From assembly GCA_965222075.1 (NCBI GenBank), contig OZ244937.1, forward strand, positions 2,912,001 through 2,976,000: DNA of 64,000 bases, in the 5' to 3' direction. Numbering within the stretch: the first letter of the stretch is position 1; every line of letters starts with the position of its first letter. Source of the DNA: Candidatus Latescibacterota bacterium. GTDB taxonomy: Bacteria; Latescibacterota; UBA2968; GCA-2709665. Below the pieces are notes generated by a model. It was given only the letters and a program-made list of their open reading frames with translations. It was not told the DNA's origin and did not search any database. The translations under genes were made by a program, and so were the position numbers. Below are positions 1-8,999 of the stretch, one piece after another.

Positions 1-2
1 CT

Positions 3-1991
3 GTTCCCCTGGATGAAGTAGAATCCGTCGAGGCCATCTGCCGCCGGTTTACCACGGCTGCCATGTCCCACGGCGCGCTCTCCCGGGAAGCGCACGAGAC
101 CCTTGCGATTGCCATGAACCGGATCGGCGGCAAGAGCAACAGCGGGGAGGGGGGGGAAGATCCGGAACGCTATCACCGCAGACCCGACGGCTCCTGGCCC
201 AACAGCGCGGTCAAACAGGTCGCCTCCGGCCGGTTCGGCGTGACCCCCGAATACCTGGCCTCCGCTCTGGAACTCGAAATCAAGATGGCCCAGGGGTCCA
301 AGCCGGGAGAGGGCGGCCAGCTCCCGGGGCACAAGGTCTCGGCGGAAATCGCCCGCATCCGCCACGCCATACCCGGCGTCACCCTCATCTCTCCGCCGCC
401 GCACCACGACATCTACAGCATCGAAGACATCGCCCAGCTCATCTACGACCTCAAACACATCAACCCCCGGGCCAGGGTCGCGGTGAAGCTCGTGGGCGTG
501 GCCGGCGTGGGCACCATCGCCGCGGGCGTGGCCAAGGGGTATGCGGACGTCATCCACCTCAGCGGGCACGACGGAGGCACCGGCGCGTCTCCCTTGAGCT
601 CCATCAAACACTCGGGAAGCCCCTGGGAACTGGGCCTGTCGGAAATCCAGCAGACCCTGATCCACAACGACCTGCGGGGCCGGGTGACGCTGCGCGTGGA
701 CGGCGGGTTCAAAACCGGTCGGGATGTGGTCATCGCCGCCCTCCTGGGCGCAGAAGAATATGGGTTTGGCACCTCGGCCCTGGTGGCCGAAGGCTGTGTG
801 ATGGCCAGGCAGTGCCACCTCAACACCTGCCCGGTGGGCGTGGCCACCCAGAAACCGGAACTGCGGAAAAAATTTCCGGGCACCCCGGAAATGATCATCA
901 ACTTCTTCACCAACCTGGCCCGGGAGGTCCGGGAAATCCTCGCCGGCCTGGGCTACTGGGAACTGGACGACATCATCGGACGCACCGACCTCCTGGAGCC
1001 CCGGATCGATCCCGACCGGCTCAAGTGGCGGGGAATCGACCTGAGCCGCATCCTGGCCGATCCCGATCCGAAAGGCACCCGGCCCCGGTTGCACACCAAG
1101 GAGCGGAACGACCGTCTCGACGCGCCCTTAGACGACCGGATGCTCCACGACGCCAAAGATGCGATTGCCACCAATACCTCCGTCAGCATCCGCTACGAAA
1201 TCAAGAACACCCACCGGGCCGTGGGGGCCAAACTGGCCGGGGAAATTGCCTACCACTACGGCGACAAGGGCCTGGACGGAACGGTCGAATGCTCGTTCCG
1301 GGGCAGCGCCGGGCAGAGTTTCGGCGCCTTCTGCATCCGGGGCCTGAGGCTGATCCTCACCGGCGAGGCCAACGACTACGTGGGCAAGAGCATGAACGGC
1401 GGAGAGATCGCTCTGACGCCGCCCGGCAATGCCCGGTTCCACAGTCACAAAAACACCATTATGGGCAACACCGTGATGTACGGAGCCACAGGGGGTACCC
1501 TCTACGCGGCCGGCTGTGCCGGAGAGCGGTTCTGCGTGCGAAACAGTGGGGGACACGCCGTGGTGGAAGGCGTGGGCGACCACGGATGTGAGTACATGAC
1601 CGGTGGCGTGGTGGTGGTCCTGGGAAAAACAGGGCGGAATTTCGGCGCGGGCATGACCGGCGGCAACGCCTATGTGTTAGACGAAGAGGATGCTTTTGAA
1701 AAACGCTTCAATCCGCAGCTCGTCGGCATCAGTCGGGTTACCGACCCCGATGACGTCGAACAGCTCCAGAGCATGATCGGCCGGCACCTCGAACTGACCA
1801 ACAGCCGCCGGTCCAGCCGCATCATCAACCGCTGGGAACACTACCTCTCCATGTTCTGGAAGGTCGCGCCCCATCCCCCCGAAACCGGAGACGAACTCGT
1901 CATCCCCGAACGCTATCGGGAAACCCACCGTGAGGCTCACAAGCAGAGAGTCCAGAGGCAGCGGTCCACACACCCCAGAGAAAAGGTGTAA
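3..1991 (+). CDS. gltB: Glutamate synthase large subunit, 5'-truncated by the window edge
   Basis: Frame is open from base 3 (VPLDEVESVEAICRRFTTAAMSHGALS). Contains KSNSGEGGED, KQVASGRFGV, QGSKPGEGGQLPGHKV, the 3Fe-4S motif CVMARQCHLNTCPVG and the C-terminal GXGXG beta-helix. Confidence 0.97.
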   Translation, partial: VPLDEVESVEAICRRFTTAAMSHGALSREAHETLAIAMNRIGGKSNSGEGGEDPERYHRRPDGSWPNSAVKQVASGRFGVTPEYLASALELEIKMAQGSKPGEGGQLPGHKVSAEIARIRHAIPGVTLISPPPHHDIYSIEDIAQLIYDLKHINPRARVAVKLVGVAGVGTIAAGVAKGYADVIHLSGHDGGTGASPLSSIKHSGSPWELGLSEIQQTLIHNDLRGRVTLRVDGGFKTGRDVVIAALLGAEEYGFGTSALVAEGCVMARQCHLNTCPVGVATQKPELRKKFPGTPEMIINFFTNLAREVREILAGLGYWELDDIIGRTDLLEPRIDPDRLKWRGIDLSRILADPDPKGTRPRLHTKERNDRLDAPLDDRMLHDAKDAIATNTSVSIRYEIKNTHRAVGAKLAGEIAYHYGDKGLDGTVECSFRGSAGQSFGAFCIRGLRLILTGEANDYVGKSMNGGEIALTPPGNARFHSHKNTIMGNTVMYGATGGTLYAAGCAGERFCVRNSGGHAVVEGVGDHGCEYMTGGVVVVLGKTGRNFGAGMTGGNAYVLDEEDAFEKRFNPQLVGISRVTDPDDVEQLQSMIGRHLELTNSRRSSRIINRWEHYLSMFWKVAPHPPETGDELVIPERYRETHREAHKQRVQRQRSTHPREKV

Positions 1992-2059
1992 TCATCCTGT
2001 CTAACACCGCCCACAGACGCATACGTTCATTCCAACACCACACGCAAAAGAGGACACCT

Positions 2060-2815
2060 ATGGTAGACCTGACGGGCAAAGCCGCCCTCATCACCGGCTC
2101 TTCCAGAGGCATAGGCCACGGATGCGCAATCGAAATGGCGCGCTGTGGCGCCAACATCACGGTCAACTACCACTCCCATCCGGAAGATGCAGAGAGGGTA
2201 GCCGAAGGGATTCGCGCTCTGGACCGGCAAGCCCTCACCGTCGGCGCGGACGTCTCCGACCGATCTGCCGTCGAGCGGATGGTGGCGGAAACCGTCGAGC
2301 GCTTCGGACGCCTCGACATCGCCGTCTGCAATGCCTACTACAGCAAACGGGAGCCCTTCTTAGATCTCTCAGTCGAGGCCATGCAGCGCACCCTCGATGT
2401 GTGCCTCTGGGGGAGTTTTCACACCGCCCAGGCCGCCGCCCGGCAGATGGTCGCTCAGGGAGAGGGCGGTAACATCCTCTTCATCAGCTCCGTCCTCGCT
2501 CACATCCCCTATCCCACCTCCCTCCCTTACAATACCGCCAAGGCCGGCATCAACCACATGTCGGCCACCATCGCCGCAGAACTCACCCCCCACCGCATCC
2601 GGTCCAACGTTATCGAACCCGGCTACACCGATACACCAGGCGAACGGCAGTTTGCCACCGAGGAGCAGATCCGGGAAGCCGCAAAGCAACTCCCCTGGGG
2701 CCGGCTGGGCACCATCGAAGACATCGGGAGGGCCGCAGCCTTCCTCTGCTCCGACGCGGCCGACTACATCACCGGCACCATTCTCAAAGTCGACGGCGGC
2801 TACTGTCTGAAATGA
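2060..2815 (+). CDS. Short-chain dehydrogenase/reductase (glucose 1-dehydrogenase/FabG-like)
   Basis: TGSSRGIG Rossmann motif, YNTAK catalytic motif and VDGG C-terminus; AGGA RBS upstream. Confidence 0.93.
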   Translation: MVDLTGKAALITGSSRGIGHGCAIEMARCGANITVNYHSHPEDAERVAEGIRALDRQALTVGADVSDRSAVERMVAETVERFGRLDIAVCNAYYSKREPFLDLSVEAMQRTLDVCLWGSFHTAQAAARQMVAQGEGGNILFISSVLAHIPYPTSLPYNTAKAGINHMSATIAAELTPHRIRSNVIEPGYTDTPGERQFATEEQIREAAKQLPWGRLGTIEDIGRAAAFLCSDAADYITGTILKVDGGYCLK

Positions 2816-2844
2816 GCCGGATTTAGACGCAAAAGGAGCCCTCT

Positions 2845-3420
2845 ATGTCGAAAACCTCCACAGATCTCGCCCACCACATCCGGCAAACCCCGCTCTGCGA
2901 CACCCACGAACACCTTAAAAAAGAATCCGAATGGGTGGAAAAGGGCCCCGACGTTTTGCAGGACCTCTTTGGAAACTACGTGCTGGCCGACCTGAAAACC
3001 GCCGGCGCCTCCCCCGACGCCCTCAAACGGTTGATGGACGCCTCGGGCCCCGATTTCTTCCTCTACGACCTCTCCTGGGCCGGCTTTTGCGGCGGCAATA
3101 TCGACACCAAATCGATTGGGGAAGACACCGATATCGAGGTAACCGACCTCTTTTCCCTCCGCCGGGCGATGGAGCGGCTCTTTGAGAAACACGCCCCCTG
3201 CGCGATTGCCGTCAAAGCCCAGCACGCCTACAACCGCACGCTGCTCTGGGAGGAACGCAGCGACGAGGACGCGGCCCGGGCGCTCGAAGCGGAAATCGCC
3301 GATGGCGACCTCACCGAACCTCAGGCCATGCAGGTGGCCACCCGGTTGATGTCCACCAACCAGCGGGAATGTTTCGACCTGGACGGAACACGGGAGGCCA
3401 TTCAAAAAAAGGTGGAATAG
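2845..3420 (+). pseudogene. Amidohydrolase/uronate-isomerase-like gene, apparently with internal in-frame deletions (191 aa)
   Basis: N-terminal DTHEH metal motif, AIAVKAQHAYNRTL segment and a typical C-terminal helix are present, but the length is about half a TIM barrel and the later His/Asp ligands are missing. AGGAG RBS is intact. Confidence 0.6.
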
Positions 3421-3423
3421 GGG

Positions 3424-3545
3424 ATGAAGCGCCTGGAGGAAGTGGTCGATGGCGTGGCCGTCACCGAACGTGATCCCAACGTCAAAACGTCGGCTACGGG
3501 GGCTACCCCAACGCCGAGAGCATTGTGGAACTCGACCGCCGTTGC
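3424..3545 (+). pseudogene. Frameshifted fragment of an isoaspartyl peptidase/glycosylasparaginase (Ntn hydrolase)
   Basis: Reads LEEVVDGVAVTERDPNVK, then after a frameshift VGYGGYPNAESIVELD, matching the E-x-DP...VGYGG-x-P...VELDA signature. Confidence 0.7.
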
Positions 3546-3662
3546 AAACACGCAGGAGAACCGATTACACTCTGGGAGATATTTTATAGCAAAGGATGGG
3601 CCCTAAGGTTTTTGCACGATAACGTGGGAACAAGGAAAACGACGACACCTGGGAGGTGAATT

Positions 3663-4733
3663 ATGAAGGTCGGTAAGTTCATGATGCCGTTGCATCCGCC
3701 GGAAAAGGATCGGACGCAGACGTTCGAAGAGGACATAGAGTGCATCCTGCTGGCAGATGAACTGGGCTTCAGTGAAGCCTGGATCGGTCAACACCATACG
3801 GCGGGGTGGGAACCGATCCCCTCCAACGACGTCTTCATCGCCAACCTGCTGCCGCAGACGAAACACATCCGCCTGGGCACGGGCGTGACGATCATCACCC
3901 AGCACCACCCGGCCAATGTCGCCGTCAGACTGGCCTATCTGGACCACCTGGCGAAGGGTCGACTCAACGTCGGCTTTGGGCAGGGCGGCGTGCCAACCGA
4001 CTGGGGGCTCTTCGACCTGCCGGACCCCAGGACGCAGGGGCTGATGGCCCTGGAGGCGATGGACATCGTTCTCAAGCTCTGGCAAGAGGAGGCGCCGTTC
4101 GAATTTAAGGGGGAGTACTGGAACGTCAAGATCGATCAGAAGGTTCCGGAACTCGGCCTGGGACAGCTGCTGAAGCCGTACCAGCAGCCGCACCCTCCAA
4201 TCGCAATGAGCATCGTCAAGGAGGAATCGATGGCTGCCACGACGGGCGGCCGGAGGGGGTTCATTCCGATCAGCATCAACATGGCGCCGCCCCACAAGGT
4301 GAACCGGCATTGGGAGCTCTACTGCGAAGGCGCTGCCGAAGGGGGGCAGCCCGAACCGGACCGTTCGATCTGGCGCATCTCCCGCAGCATATTCGTGGGC
4401 GAATCGGATGAGGAGGCCAGGAGGCATGCCTTAAACAGCCCGTTCATTGGGTCCCTCCTGTATCTACGCGGCATGCTGGAGCTCGCCGGCATGCTCGACC
4501 TGCCGAAACAGGACCCGGAGATGCCGGACGAAGCGGTCGACGCCGACTACATCATCGACAATATCGCCATCGTCGGTAGCGTCGATACGGTAACGCGGAA
4601 ACTTCAGGATCTCTACGATGTCACCGGAGGTTTTGGCACAGTTTTGATGATCGCCCACGACTGGGACGACAAGGCCAAGATGCGCAGGTCGATGGAGCTA
4701 ATGGCCAGGGAGGTCATTCCTCATCTGCCCTGA
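3663..4733 (+). CDS. LLM-class (luciferase-like) flavin-dependent monooxygenase
   Basis: FMMPLHPP, ADELGFSEAWIGQHH, IRLGTGV, LDHLAKGRLNVGFG, KPYQQPHPP; GGAGG RBS. Confidence 0.93.
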   Translation: MKVGKFMMPLHPPEKDRTQTFEEDIECILLADELGFSEAWIGQHHTAGWEPIPSNDVFIANLLPQTKHIRLGTGVTIITQHHPANVAVRLAYLDHLAKGRLNVGFGQGGVPTDWGLFDLPDPRTQGLMALEAMDIVLKLWQEEAPFEFKGEYWNVKIDQKVPELGLGQLLKPYQQPHPPIAMSIVKEESMAATTGGRRGFIPISINMAPPHKVNRHWELYCEGAAEGGQPEPDRSIWRISRSIFVGESDEEARRHALNSPFIGSLLYLRGMLELAGMLDLPKQDPEMPDEAVDADYIIDNIAIVGSVDTVTRKLQDLYDVTGGFGTVLMIAHDWDDKAKMRRSMELMAREVIPHLP

Positions 4734-4945
4734 GCAGAGTGCCGATGATTTATCCTACAGACGACAGACGACGGAAGTAGCGATATGCTGTTAAGCTTTC
4801 GTCCGTGGTCTGATGCATCACCTATATAGGTATGCCGTTTCAATACTGGCTTAGATCCATATCGGGAGAGGATCGCTCAAGGGCCTCCCGCGCCTTCGGA
4901 AAGCGCTTCCGCACCAGAAGGCCCGGCGATACCCCTGGGTTTTAT

Positions 4946-5701
4946 ATGTGGCGCAAATATCGGGTGCTGTTTGGACTTCTGCTTGGATCGGTGGTATACG
5001 CAGCCGATCCACCTGAGGGCCTACACACCCCGTCCAAAGATTCCATTTTTGTTCTGGAAAGGTTCGATTATCCCGACCATATCGGCAAACTTCCCGATAC
5101 CTGGGAAGGCCGCACGGGCTGGGGACGACGCGTCGGTAAAAAAGACCTCTACTACACCGTCCAGACCGAAGACGACGACTTCTTTCTGCGCGCGTCAACC
5201 ACTGGAAAAGCGATCAACGTCGGCAGAAAAGCCAACATCAACCTCCGTATCTTCAACCGCCTTCGGTGGCGCTGGCGGGTGTTCAAACTTCCGCAGGACG
5301 GCAACGAACAAATAAAAGACAAAAACGACAGCGCCGCAGCCGTCCGCCTTGTTTTCCACGGAGGCATTATCCCCAAAACGCTTAAATACGTCTGGAGCGC
5401 CACGCTTCCCGTCGGCGCTGAAACCGAAAGTCCCGTTAACAGCAGGACCAAGGTTATCGTCCTGGAAAGCGGCTCGTCCAAATTGGGAGAGTGGGTCTGG
5501 GAAGAGAGAGACGCCTATGAAGACTACAAGCGTCTCTTTGGTGGCGAACCCCGCCCCGTCAAGTTTCTGGCCGTTATTACCGATTCCGACAACACCAGAT
5601 CCCCTGTCATAGCCGACTACGACGACTTCACCTTCCTCATCGGACCGCCCGACACAATAAAAACGGCTCCCCCGGACAGTGTGGAGACGCAGGCACAATG
5701 A
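4946..5701 (+). CDS. Secreted DUF3047-like protein
   Basis: Signal peptide from ATG 4946; motifs LRWRWRV, KNDSAAAV, LKYVWS, WVWEERDAYEDYKRLFG, TDSDNT. Confidence 0.8.
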   Translation: MWRKYRVLFGLLLGSVVYAADPPEGLHTPSKDSIFVLERFDYPDHIGKLPDTWEGRTGWGRRVGKKDLYYTVQTEDDDFFLRASTTGKAINVGRKANINLRIFNRLRWRWRVFKLPQDGNEQIKDKNDSAAAVRLVFHGGIIPKTLKYVWSATLPVGAETESPVNSRTKVIVLESGSSKLGEWVWEERDAYEDYKRLFGGEPRPVKFLAVITDSDNTRSPVIADYDDFTFLIGPPDTIKTAPPDSVETQAQ

Positions 5702-5899
5702 GACACCCAACCCCGTACAAAAGACGCTCCCTTTAGATATCCCGAGGAGCAGGCAACCGACTCGACAATCGGCCCAGAGCGGAGGTATGCGATGAGAAAA
5801 ACGCCTCGCTTCAGAATGAAATCCCCATCACCCCCCATCTCCCCGATTCAACAGGGAGAAAAATTCACCCCCTGGCACCCTATCCCCTACCTCCGAAAA

Positions 5900-7045
5900 A
5901 TGGGGGCTCTCGCTCTACTGGCCGCTTTGGCGCTGTTGGCCTCACCGGCGGCCGGCCAGAACGTATCGGTAACCGACTACAGCATCCCGGTCAGCCGGGC
6001 GGACAACCTCCGGGTCGACGTCCTCAGCCTCAACTACGTCACCCAGGGAGATGAGGCGGTTGTACAGTCGGGCAACCTCGGCGTCATCTACAAAAAATTC
6101 TACGATTCCCTCCCCTTCGCCTACTCCCTCGACCTGGTCGGAGCCACCTCATTCAACAAGGACCCTATTCAGAACGAACTGGTCGGCAACCTGGCGATCA
6201 ATCTGGTCACCCGCGTCAAAAAGTATACCCAGGCCGAGGGCAACCTGTTTATCTTCGGGGATACGGATTTCGACTACGACGATAGCTTCGGCACGGCCGT
6301 GGGCATGACCTTGGGCATTGGTCTGGGCCGCTTCATCAACGCCACGGCGCTGCGCAAGGCGGTGCGGATCGAGGAGTTCTTCATGAGGGAGGGCATCATC
6401 TCCGATCACCTGCCCAAAGAGACGATGATCAAACTGGGACACATCATCGAAAGGGAACAGGAGTTTAAAGACCTCTACGGCGACCGCTACCGGAACTACT
6501 GGTTTGAGGACATGACCAACGAGATTAAAAAATCCGGCCTGGTCCTCGGTGAAATAGGCTTCGGCGTCCTCCGAATGCAGGAGGTCCTCTTTCAGGAGCG
6601 GATCAACAACCGGTTCTACGGCTGGGAGGGCACCGCCGGGATCCAGTTCGAGATGCTGACCCCGCAGGAAGGCCAGAAACGCCGCGGCCCCTCCATGTCG
6701 GTCGGATTCCGCTACTCCCGACCCCTCAACTGGAGCACGCAGGTCAACGCGCGCTTCAACGTCAGCACCCCCTTCTCCGGGAATTTTGGCCGAATCTACA
6801 ATCTGAGCCAGACCACCGACTTCATCTACGAGTTGACAAACAAGATCAGCTTCACCGCCGTCCAGCGGTTTCGGGTGATCAAACAACAGGACACAGACTC
6901 CAAACTCAGCACCATCATCTCCGTCTCCCTCACCTACTATATCGAAAACAAGGTCAACCTGAACGTTTCTGAGCAACTCACCACCGTCGAAGGAGAACCC
7001 TTCCGGCAGAGCCTCAACATCGGACTGGCGTTCAAGTTCTTCTAA
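5900..7045 (+). CDS. Hypothetical exported protein, probable outer-membrane beta-barrel
   Basis: Signal peptide (ALALLAALALLASPAAG), amphipathic beta-strands and a terminal Phe (IGLAFKFF). Start uncertain (5792-5900). Confidence 0.65.
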   Translation: MGALALLAALALLASPAAGQNVSVTDYSIPVSRADNLRVDVLSLNYVTQGDEAVVQSGNLGVIYKKFYDSLPFAYSLDLVGATSFNKDPIQNELVGNLAINLVTRVKKYTQAEGNLFIFGDTDFDYDDSFGTAVGMTLGIGLGRFINATALRKAVRIEEFFMREGIISDHLPKETMIKLGHIIEREQEFKDLYGDRYRNYWFEDMTNEIKKSGLVLGEIGFGVLRMQEVLFQERINNRFYGWEGTAGIQFEMLTPQEGQKRRGPSMSVGFRYSRPLNWSTQVNARFNVSTPFSGNFGRIYNLSQTTDFIYELTNKISFTAVQRFRVIKQQDTDSKLSTIISVSLTYYIENKVNLNVSEQLTTVEGEPFRQSLNIGLAFKFF

Positions 7046-7096
7046 CGAATGCCACCGCTTTTGCGCGACCCACGACTCGCGATCCGTGACGATCTC

Positions 7097-8935
7097 TTAT
7101 CCCACCACCTCCCGCACCGCCGAGGCGATGTGGTCCGCATCAATGCCAAACCGGGCCATAAGCTCCTCGGGCTTCCCTGACCTTGGAAGTTCATAAACCG
7201 CAAGCTTCCGCACCTCGGCGCCCGTCCCTGCAAGCGCACTCTGCACCGCCTCTCCGATCCCCCCTTCCGGATAGTGGTCCTCCACCGTAATCACCTTCCC
7301 ACCCGTCTCTGCCGCAGCCTGCTGAAGCCCCTCCGAATCGGCCGGCTTGACCGAAAAGAGGTCCACCACGCGGATGGAAATGCCCTCTTTGGCCAGAAGG
7401 TCGTGCGCCTTTAAAACCTCAACCAGCGTCACCCCGGCGCCCACAACCGTCACCCGATCCTCCCGGCGCGAGCGAACAACCTTTGCCTTTCCCACTTCAA
7501 AGGCCTCGTCGTTGGGATAGATCACCGGCGTATCGGGCCGCGTGGTCCGGATGAAAAACATCCCGTAGGTCTCCGCCGCCAGCTTCACGCAGGCCTCGGC
7601 CGACACCGCATCCGAAGGGTAGAGCACCCTGCACCCCGGAACCGCCCGCATCATCGCCAAGTCTTCCAATCCCATCTGTGAGGGCCCGTCCGCTCCAATC
7701 GAAACCCCTGCGTGGGACCCCGACATCTTCAAATTGGCCCGGGAGATCGCCGCCATCCGGATCTGGTCGTAGGCCCGGGCGAAAAATGCTGCAAAGGTCG
7801 AAACAAACGGAATCTTCCCCCGCGTTCCCAGTCCCACGCCTGCGCCCACAATGTTCTGCTCGGCAATAAACCCTTCAAAGAACCGGTCCGGATGCGCTTC
7901 CATAAACGTCTCCGAAAACGTCGAATTCTTCGTATCTCCGTCTAAGGCCACAACCCTCGGGTCCACGTCGCCCAGCCGGGCCAGCGCATTCCCATACGCC
8001 CTCCGCGTGGCCACCTCCTGGCCGATCTCGTAGCCCGGCGGCCCCAGTGTGCCCACCTCCGGGGCCGGGACCGTCCGGGCCGCAACCGCCCTTACCGGAA
8101 GGGTAACGCTGGAATCGATATCCAGTTCCGCAAGCGCCTTCTCAACCTCTTCGGCGCTGCCCAGCGCCTTCCCGTGCTGCCCATCCTGGTCCTCCAAAAA
8201 AGAGACCCCCTTGCCCTTAAACGTCCGGGCCACAATCGCCGTGGGCCTCTCCTTTGTCGATGCGGCCTCGTCATAAGCCTTTAAAATCTCGGAAAAATTG
8301 TGTCCATCAATCCCAATCGCGTGCCAGCCAAAAGCCTCAAACCGCCTGATCAACACGTCGATATCGTGCCCGTACATCGTGGCCTGGCTCTGTCCCAGCC
8401 GGTTCACATCCACAATCGCGCAAAGGTTGTCTAACTTGTAGTAGCTCGCAAACTGCGCCGCCTCCCACACCGCCCCCTCGGCGCTTTCTCCATCGCCCAA
8501 GAGCACATACACCCTGTAATCCAGCTTGTCCAGATACTTTCCGCCAATCGCCATCCCCGCGCCCGCCGACAGCCCCTGGCCCAGCGACCCGGTCGCCACA
8601 TCCACAAACGAGAGCCGCGGCGTGGGATGCCCCTCCAAGTCGCTCGAAATCTCTCGAAGGCTCAACAGGTCTTCCACCGGAAACGCCCCGGCTTCTGCCC
8701 ATGCCGCGTACAAAAGCGGCGCAGCATGCCCCTTCGACAGAACAAACCGGTCGCTCAGCGGATGGCGCGGCGCGTTGGGATCGAAGCGCATCACCCCAAA
8801 AAAAAGCCCCGCCACCAGATCGGCCGCCGACATACACGACGTTGGATGTCCGGATTTGGTTGGAAATGTGGATCGGATGCTGTGGGCGCGAAGGCGGTTC
8901 GCCACCGCTTGCAGCTTCTCAAGATCGACAGTCAC
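7097..8935 (-). CDS. tkt: Transketolase (single chain)
   Basis: SGHPTSCMS, LSKGHAAP, TGSLGQG, TPP motif GDGESAEGAVWEA...N, FIAEQN, DGPSQM. GTG start at 8935 follows a GGAGG RBS. Confidence 0.95.
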   Translation of the reverse strand: MTVDLEKLQAVANRLRAHSIRSTFPTKSGHPTSCMSAADLVAGLFFGVMRFDPNAPRHPLSDRFVLSKGHAAPLLYAAWAEAGAFPVEDLLSLREISSDLEGHPTPRLSFVDVATGSLGQGLSAGAGMAIGGKYLDKLDYRVYVLLGDGESAEGAVWEAAQFASYYKLDNLCAIVDVNRLGQSQATMYGHDIDVLIRRFEAFGWHAIGIDGHNFSEILKAYDEAASTKERPTAIVARTFKGKGVSFLEDQDGQHGKALGSAEEVEKALAELDIDSSVTLPVRAVAARTVPAPEVGTLGPPGYEIGQEVATRRAYGNALARLGDVDPRVVALDGDTKNSTFSETFMEAHPDRFFEGFIAEQNIVGAGVGLGTRGKIPFVSTFAAFFARAYDQIRMAAISRANLKMSGSHAGVSIGADGPSQMGLEDLAMMRAVPGCRVLYPSDAVSAEACVKLAAETYGMFFIRTTRPDTPVIYPNDEAFEVGKAKVVRSRREDRVTVVGAGVTLVEVLKAHDLLAKEGISIRVVDLFSVKPADSEGLQQAAAETGGKVITVEDHYPEGGIGEAVQSALAGTGAEVRKLAVYELPRSGKPEELMARFGIDADHIASAVREVVG

Positions 8936-8999
8936 AGGCCGTCCCTCCCAGGTCTGAATTTTGAAAAATCTGCGGTCTCGGTCTTCCACGTTCGTTGTT

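Noticed and set aside
7097-8935. Compact, animal-like transketolase as evidence of eukaryotic transfer
   Set aside because: This subtype is known in many bacteria, and its codon usage matches the host.
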